A stretch of DNA of 60,802 bases, filler included, from Trichosphaerium sp. ATCC 40318 (lineage: Eukaryota; Protista; Tubulinea), in NCBI GenBank assembly GCA_038496445.1. It is 4 parts of 4 records of this genome, joined end to end, with 100 filler letters (N's around TTAATTAATTAA, not from the genome) between each part and the next. Parts side by side here need not be neighbours in the genome. Positions count along the whole stretch, not along the records: positions 48,066 to 60,802 come from JALMLS010000638.1; 3 more parts are not named here. One strand, written 5' to 3'. Both the position numbers and the translations under genes were made by a program. The number at the start of each line of letters is the position of its first letter. Position 1 is the first letter of the stretch. Shown in pieces: positions 52,901 to 60,802 of the stretch. The notes under the pieces are model-generated. The model was not told the DNA's origin, ran no database searches, and was given only the letters and a program-made list of their open reading frames with translations.

Positions 52901-53560
52901 CTTACGGAATTTCATATAAATTCAATGGGAATGAAGGAAGAGTTTTTCCGTCTACTTTTCCCATAGGAAAACAGGGTGAATTACTTAAAAATTCCCATTT
53001 CTATTTTACTACTGTACTTTTTGAGTTGCTTTGTCGTCACTTCTTTTTTCTTTTTCCTCAATTCTTTTATGCGTTCACCTTGAGCTTGTACAATTGCTGT
53101 TAATGTCTGCAAATCAGCACACAATAGCCTGAAGAATGTATTTGTGATGTTAATATTAAAGTCTCCATACGTACTGTATAAATTCCAATACATCTTCTTG
53201 TACATCGCTGAAATTAGACTCTTGAAGTCGTTTTGGGTTTGGAGGAGTGTCAGACATTGGAAAAGAAATATTTTACTGAGTTTGACAAGTTCTTTTAAGT
53301 TGAAATGACATGGTGGTAGTAATTAACAAGGTAAATGCCATCGTCTGGGGTTTTGTACAATTGCGCTGGTTTATAAACTTTGTCCAGAGGTATACATGCC
53401 ATAGCGTTTTGAGGTTCAACACTACAACAAAAAATAAGAATGATAAAGTGAGTTTTAAAATTATGCTTACATTACTAAATCGCTAACTTTGTCATAGCGT
53501 TTATAATCAACTGCTTTAAAGTACCTGTGTCTGATTAAATGAAACACCAACAAATCACAA
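49960..53560 (-). other. Fragmented hypothetical minus-strand coding exons, probably transposon-borne
   Basis: Several spliceable ORFs (50213-50635, 50723-51025, 51406-51888, 52981-53260), separated by a non-coding block at ~51990-52975; no motif I can name with confidence. Confidence 0.3.
52183..52253 (+). repeat. Short interstitial TTAGGG-like array
   Basis: TTAGTTAGGGTTAGGGTTAGGGCTAGGGTTGAGG...GTTAGGGTTAGAGTTAG. Confidence 0.8.
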
Positions 53561-53803
53561 TCACGCACATTCCAAATATCAACACAATGGATCTGTCAAT
53601 AGCGCTTTGACATATAGTCTCAGCTTTGACATAAATGAGAAACTTTCGGGTAAAAATGAAATAAAATTTTTTTGAGCATAAGTATTACTAGTATAACACA
53701 ATATAAACTGTTTTGGTATTTTCGAAAATTTGAGGCAATTAAGTAATGTCAAACTTAATAACATACTCTTCAACAACCAGCATGACAGCATCTTACCATT
53801 GAA

Positions 53804-56800
53804 ATGTATTTAAAAGACTTTCCTTTAGCTGAAGAAGCTATTGAGAGCATTAAAGAGTGGGGGACAAATCAGGTCTAAAAAAATATACCAGTTTTTTTGG
53901 TATATACCACTTTTATACCACTTTTTTATACCAGTTTTTTATGGTATATACCAAAAAAAGTGGTATATTTTGACTGAAATATACCAAAAAAAGTGGTATA
54001 TTGACCAAATATACCAACAATATACCAAAAAAAACAGGTATAAAAACAGAAAATATACCACTTTTTTTCACCAGAAAAAAAAAAATATACCACTTTTTTA
54101 TACCACTTTTTTTAGGTATATACCAGTTATATACCACTTTTTTATACCAGTTTTTCATGGTATATACCACTCTTATATACCACTTTATGCTTACTTATAG
54201 TACACCTGCAATTCCAGAAAATACACTTTATTTAATACACAGTTTGTGAGTTACAAGTTTTGGACAATGTCCACTACAGTTACATTACTATGGGCGTCTG
54301 GAAAATTCGTCCATCTCCATGAGCTTGCTGTACCTACTGTAAAAACATGCTGCGCACCTAATAAAAGTGGTTCCACCTGAATCTATCAATTACTAAGGCC
54401 TACGGAGGTCGGTTAATGTATATCAAACGAAAATAAAATAAAACTTTGTCTGGTACCCACGAACGTCTGTATAATACCTGCAATATAGTTTCCTCAATGT
54501 TGGTACTGGAATCAGGTCCTGCGGTTCGAATGAGCTTGGTTTGGTTAGATTCTATGATATACTAAGGTCCCCACGCACCGTTCAATGTATGACGTCCATG
54601 ATCGTTCAACAAGAAAACCCATTACCAAAAAGCTCCTTAATGACCTTCTTGAAGCATACCATAAAAGTGGTATATACCAATAAAAAGGTGGTATATACCA
54701 CATACCATAAAAAGGTGGTATATACCACTTTATATACCATTTTTAGAAGGTCTCATTATGTGAATGAAAAGTGGTATATACCACTTCCATATACCTCTTT
54801 TTTATTCACTTAATTTCTAAAAAAAGTGGTATTTCAAAATGGTATATACCAGTCCATATACCATTTTGTTGAAAAAAGTGGTATATACCATAAAAAAACT
54901 GGTATATACCACTTTAATTTTTAGACCTGATCCAGGAATATTCAATGAAAGTCAATTAATTTCAAAACAAGCAGAAAATGAAACATTGTGTGTAGATTTC
55001 AAAGAAGTGATTAAACCAGAAAAATGTACTGATGAAAATTGGGAAAAATTCATGGAAAAAAAGATACATAGATGTAAATGTAATGGACAATGTTGGAGCA
55101 AATTTGACAAAGATTATTTATATGCTTTAAAAGCTATTTATTACTTTGCTGGTAGTTATAAGGATAAAATTGGTATTTTGAACAGAGGGATATATCAAAA
55201 AGAGGGAAAAACATCAAATAATTATTATATATTTTATGGAAATGGCACTAAACAAAAAGTATGTTGTTCTTTTTTTAAAAGTGTATATGGCATAAGTCAT
55301 GGGCCATTGCATTCAATCAATAAGTTTAGAACAGAAAAACTAGGATTTGTTGAAGATAAAAGAGGCTATCACAATAATAAATCAAATAGGTACTCGTTTG
55401 ATTGAAGTAACTACGCATCATATGTTATGTATACGGATCGGACCGATCCATCAGTTATAAGCTTACAATAAATATTTGTCATAACAATATATTGTATGTT
55501 TTGTTAACGGATCGGACCGATCCGTCTATATAACATTCTGTTTTATGTTGTCTAAACTTATAAAATATTTAAAAAAAGTGCTACTATGATAAAAACAATA
55601 CATACCTTCATAAAAAAACACAAAGTACAAAAAAGTCATTATGCTTTGGCAAATTATAAAACATACTGGTATTTTTCAGTAGGTCTTACTGAAACAATTA
55701 TGTACAAAAATTTAATCAAGGAAAATAACTGGCACAAAGCAATGCCTGCTGAAGAAGATATGGAAAATTATCCAAACATTGATCCAAACAATAATGTACT
55801 TTCATATAGTACATTTCACAGGTATTTATTGATGATTGTTGTAAAGTTTATTTTTATTGTAGATATTTTATGGAATATACAAAAGGTGTGTTTAAATTCA
55901 AAAAACCTCGAGAAGATGCATGTAACATTTGTTTTTGGTATAAATGCAAATATGCAGACAGAACAATAACTATCCAACAAAGAAAAGCTTTAAAAGAACG
56001 ACAGTTTATACACCATGCAATAGCGACAAGACGTACTGAATTTATGCGTTTCGATATGGGAGAAGAATTAAAACACACTGATGAAGAAACTCAAACTAAA
56101 TTAAAACTACCTGCACTGTTATATATGAAACAAAATGTGAAAGATATTATAGAGTTAGAAAGTTATTGGAAAAGTGCAATTAAAACAAATGGACATGCAG
56201 ATTGGTATAACAATCCAGTAGGCTGGCAATATGGTACAATAGAAGATGAAAACAAAGAGTATTTCATAAATGGCATATTGGGTATGACTGTGCACACCAG
56301 AACAGAGATTGATCAACACTCAATTTTACCACAAAGTAATACTAAAAAACGAAAGGCCCCTCCACTAAGAAAAAGAAGAAAAAAGCGTAAAATTACAGAT
56401 GTTCGATATTTAATAAGTTGGGAGGGATATGAAAGTGAGCCTTCATTTCACACAACAAAAAATATTGGCCTTTTTAATCCACGTTACTATGATACTTGGC
56501 ATTTGTATGAGACTTGGAAAAGAGCCACATCCACAGTGTTGTCAATAGATTATATGCAAATGACAAGCATGCCAAAGTTTAAAGACCAACCACAGATACA
56601 ATTTTATTTGAGGTACAAAAAAGTACTATAAAGTTACAATCATAAGACTAATTTTGAGAGCTTAGGTCACTATCGATAAATCCACTTGGCATCTATGATG
56701 CTAGCACAAAACAAACTACAATCTATTATTGGTCTGAATATATAGGAGAAAAAAAGGCGCATCAAACTATTTCTGTGATTTACAAGCATCTTATGTCCAT

Positions 56801-57824
56801 AAAGAATAAAAAAAGGCATTTGGTGATGTGGTCTGATAATTGCACAGCTCAAAACAAATGTTGGGAGCTGATAAAGTTTTATTGCGAGCTTGTTGATAGA
56901 AATATGTTTCTATCTGTAACTTTGAGGTATTTACGAATTGGCCATACATTTTTGCCTAATGATCGTGCTTTTGCCACTGTCAGGCTAGCATCATCCACAA
57001 GGTATATTTTTACATACAATTGTATTGTTAAAAAAGATTAACTTCATGTACAGGGAGCTTACTACTATGCAACACATACATGATTTATATAATGCACCTG
57101 AAAATGTGAGTGGAGTAGAAATGAAACAACCTGAATTTAAAAATATCAAACCTTTCATTAAAAGATGGAGAACACCAAGTAAAGATACTGAAGGCAATAA
57201 AAAAGCACTACACTTAAGAGGAATGGCAGAAATAATGTATGCATTCTGTTAAAGTGTATAACTTACATGTTTTTTCCCCATAGGATTTTAAAAGGAACCA
57301 ATGGCAAGGTGCACATGGTAGCTACATCAGAAATAGCAATAGGAGCAAAAAAACATATCTTTGATATGCACAACAGTAGAGCAAAAAATACACCATCGGT
57401 TTTTTTCAGCAACTTGCCTTGCACTTATTCTACATTTGATGAAGATACAAAACAAATGGTTGTAAACAAACGAGTACTTAAACCAAACAAAGTTTGGGAT
57501 ATATACAGTCTTGCACGCCAATTTCAACTAGATACAACAAGTCCCACTACATTGTACCCTAAGCCTGCCAGTCGTCCACCTAAAGGTAGAACAGATACAG
57601 TCTATACTCCACCACCAGAGAATGATTTATGGAATTTGTTTCATAGAGAACAATACACAATTGATGGATATGAAGAACAACCTACAATAAGTGATATTCT
57701 AAAGCACAATTCCAACATGGATGTAGATGAAGATGCTATTATTAGAGAAATGGAAAATACAAATGATGATCAAACAGCATTTATTGGAGGACCAGATATA
57801 GAAAACAGAGTACATCATGTGTAA
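53804..57824 (+). mobile_element. Sola-like (Sola1-type) DDD transposase gene, multi-exon, interrupted by the MITE at 53870-54929
   Basis: Motifs CKCNGQCW, VCCSFFKSVYGIS, DKRG.H, SHY, KPREDACNIC, VLSIDYMQ, LGIYD, YYWSE..G.K, LVMWSDNCTAQNK and GHTFLPNDRAF. Confidence 0.75.
53870..54929. mobile_element. Non-autonomous DNA transposon, copy 2, with a 2-bp AT TSD
   Basis: AAAT|CAGGTCTAAAAA ... TTTTTAGACCTG|ATCC; near-identical to copy 1, with a ~44-bp internal expansion. Confidence 0.9.
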
Positions 57825-57877
57825 AAAGTAAATAAATTTTATTTTAATTTTTCTAACTAACAAAATATATCACATCT

Positions 57878-60626
57878 TCATATACTGTGTTCATTTTTTT
57901 GCAATTCTTTTTCTTTTTTTCTTTGTTGGTTGGCCTTTTGGTGGTTTTCCAGGCTTTTTCTTTTTTTGTGTTTTCTTTGGAGATATTTGCTGTATATCAG
58001 GTCTTTTTTGCACATCTTTTTCTTCTTCTTCTTCATCATCTTCATTTTCACTGTCACTTTCACTTTCATCATAACTTGGTGTATGTTCTATTTGCCTTTG
58101 TGATTGTATAAAAGGAGTACCTAATATTATAAATATGGATATATTTTGTGTTACTTACTAGAAATAAGTTTTTGATATGCAACATTGCTAGGATGTACAT
58201 CAATTGTGATTTGCACAACATTTGAATCTTCTGGTTTTGAATAAGAAACAAATTCTTCAATTTCCAATATTTTATCTATAACCATTGTCATTTGTTCTTC
58301 AACATTTTTAGATTGAGATGGCTCAAACATAGAATCTGTATTTTTTTTTGAAACATCATCAATGTTTTGTTCAGAATCTGAAGGATTAAATTCATTATCT
58401 TCTCTGTCATGTTTTGTTGATGATGAAGATGACTCATCTTCTTCCTCTTTCTGTTTTGTTTTTCTACTTGATGTTTTTTGTGCCTTTGTAGAGGTTCTTT
58501 TTGTTGAACTTGAAGTGTTTACATCTTGCATATTCACATCATCATCATCATCAACAACAATATCAGCATTTTCGCTGGATTTATTAGATTGATGAGAATC
58601 TTTTTTGTCTTTTATGTAATTATCATATACTTTTACTTTGGCTACAAATAGTTATGTATTTAAATGTATAAAATGATGTTTTACCTGCCAATGTTGTCTT
58701 GTCTTTACCATAATGTTTGCTCCAATGAGATGTAGCAGCTTTTTCATGGTCAGTTAATGGTTTTCTGCTTTGTTTAGCTGACTTTGTTTGTTTCTGCTTT
58801 TTTTCCTTGTATTTCTTCATATTTTCAATAACTCTGCTATGAAGTGTTTTTCCTAGTATATATTTAGTACTAATATTATAAATTGAAAGTGTATACTAAT
58901 GTGCTTGTGCTCAGAATAATAGCTGTCATATGCTTGTAAGCAATTATAACCCATTGCCACTGTTACTGAATCATTTGAATAGTTTAATTCCTCTGTGCTT
59001 TTCCTTTGTTGAGCCAAAGGATGGTCTTTATCTTTTGCTGGTGGCCAACCTTCTGCAGGAGGAAATAATAGGGTGGGATCAAATGTGTATAGCCTTTTTA
59101 GGTGATTTGTATCATCTAAAGCCATGATATCTCTGTGCGTTAAAGGGTCTTGTTTTAAGTGTGTTTTAACAAAGTCCCATAACTACAAATATATGTTAAT
59201 ATTGTGTTATTGAAAAAATTGTACAGCTTCTAGTGTGTTTTTTGCATTTATGTATTGTTTAAACTTCTGTTTAGCTTTGGGATCACATGTATACTGTCTA
59301 TTTCCAACAGCTTTTAAAAACTAAACATATTAATAATATAACATATTAACTTTTTTTCTACAAATCAGTTTGACATGTTAATAAAACACAGAAATATATA
59401 TTACGTAAACGGATCGGTTCGATCCGTTGGTGAAACATTATAAGATATATTATGTGTACGGATCGGTTCGATCCGTTGGTGAAACATTATAAGATATATT
59501 ACGTGTACGGATCGGACCGATCCGTTGGTGAAACATTATAAGATATATTACGTGTACGGATTGGTCCGATCCGTTGACAAAACATCATGTATTTTATTAC
59601 AAATTTAGTTTTGCTAATGTTTGAACTTTGTACGTACTGCTATTCTCATCCTTTTAGGAGCTTTAACCCAAAATATATCTCCAAACCATCTTTGATTAAA
59701 GCCTGTAGGCAGTCTATTTAACTATATAGATAGTTAGTAGTTATGTGCATGTGCAACTATTTGTACTGAGGTTGCTTGTAAACCCATCAATTCAATAAGA
59801 TCTTTATCTATACCATGCAAAAAAGTCCCTCCTCTTACAATCAATTTAAACTCTCTGGGAGTTCTTACTAGGTTTGACACTCCAAGATCACAAAAGTTAT
59901 ACACCTAAACTATTAGTACAATAGAAAATAAAAATAATCTTACTGATTGAAAAGTTACACCAGGTTTCCTAGGAGACTTTCTTGTCACAGAAAAATCGCC
60001 ATTCTACATTTAGGTAAATGATATGATTTATATTGATATCGTACTTTTTCTAATCCATACTGTTCACAAAATTTATCATAACAAAATATCATTTTATCTA
60101 AAAGATGACTATCTTTTGTGGCCTGTCTCAATTTGTTCCATGCTGCACAAAAGGATATAATGCTATTTAATCTCACACGCACAGACAACCAACCCACAGT
60201 TTTTAATTGAAAATCCTTTTTCAAAATACTAAAATAAATATTAGTTATTGTGTATGAGTATTTGTACCATAAAGATGCTAGTAAACCATGAGAGCCATCA
60301 CCAAGACAAAAACCAAGATGAACTTGAGGTTTTCCTTTCCTTCCACCTGGTACATATAAAGTGCCACTTTCGACCAATAATATTTTTCTATTGTGTGGTG
60401 GACTTGCTTTTGTAGCTGCTGCCATTTGTAATAAAAAGTTTTCTAAATTAAAACCTCTGACTGGTAAAAAGCACACAAGGTCTGACATTGATGGAACTGT
60501 CAAACTTTTTGCTTTTTCTGCCGGTGTGTATGTTTTATTGCTAATATCAATAAAATGATCATCTTCTTTAAATAATTCTTGGTAATTATCAGGTAATGTA
60601 AAACAACTTGGGCCAGTTGTCATCAA
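57878..60626 (-). CDS. Hypothetical multi-exon protein convergent with the transposase (possible accessory gene), with an acidic/basic low-complexity tail
   Basis: ORFs 59985-60626, 58853-59125, 58623-58820 and 58151-58537 linked by short introns; the start may lie beyond the window. Confidence 0.5.
59395..59576. repeat. 49-bp tandem repeat (~3.7 copies), each carrying the palindrome ACGGATCG(G/T)NNCGATCCGT
   Basis: Palindromes start at 59409, 59458, 59507 and 59556; the inter-palindrome sequence is near-identical. Confidence 0.92.
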
Positions 60627-60802
60627 ATACCTATAGTAGATTAACTAATTGCAATAAACTAATACATACTTTTGATAATTATCTGTCTCTTTCATAGTTG
60701 ATATCATCAAAGACTTTCTGTAGTATTTCATTAAAAACCCTTTATAGTGGTACCATTAGCAAGTTGTAGACCAACAGCTTTTGGAAATAGTTCAAGTTTG
60801 AT

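Noticed and set aside
59395-59576. CRISPR-like array (palindromic repeats at regular spacing)
   Set aside because: The spacers are identical, there are no cas genes, and the context is a eukaryotic intron; it is a tandem repeat

Overview
AT-rich eukaryotic genomic DNA with dense, very short (mostly ~40-55 nt) spliceosomal introns. The gene content suggests a free-living protist, possibly amoebozoan (inference only). The window is four contigs joined by artificial 100-nt N-TTAATTAATTAA-N linkers (16055-16154, 27354-27453, 47966-48065), so neighbourhoods across linkers mean nothing. Contig 1: a PPC-like repeat membrane protein, an F-box/LRR relic, a ~4-kb PTTEA mucin array, a secreted PL14 alginate-lyase-like gene, a small GPI-type mucin, a structured ncRNA candidate and COX11. 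Contig 2: a tandem-helical-repeat + PD-(D/E)XK nuclease gene, a truncated TRM6, mitochondrial IF2, tRNA-Phe and the 3' part of MCM4. Contig 3: PT-rich and GH43-like secreted proteins, three Ras paralogs with substitutions at catalytic positions, monoubiquitin, a complete Mutator element inserted in an F-box gene, and a gene that splices a Ufd2/UBE4 (E4) core directly onto a BIRC6-type E2 (UBC) domain in place of the U-box. Contig 4: a transposon nest with a Sola-like transposase interrupted by a CAGG-ended non-autonomous element, plus palindromic intronic repeats. The best candidates for new biology are the E4-core/E2 fusion and the modular repeat-nuclease. All gene models were spliced by eye, so exon boundaries are approximate.
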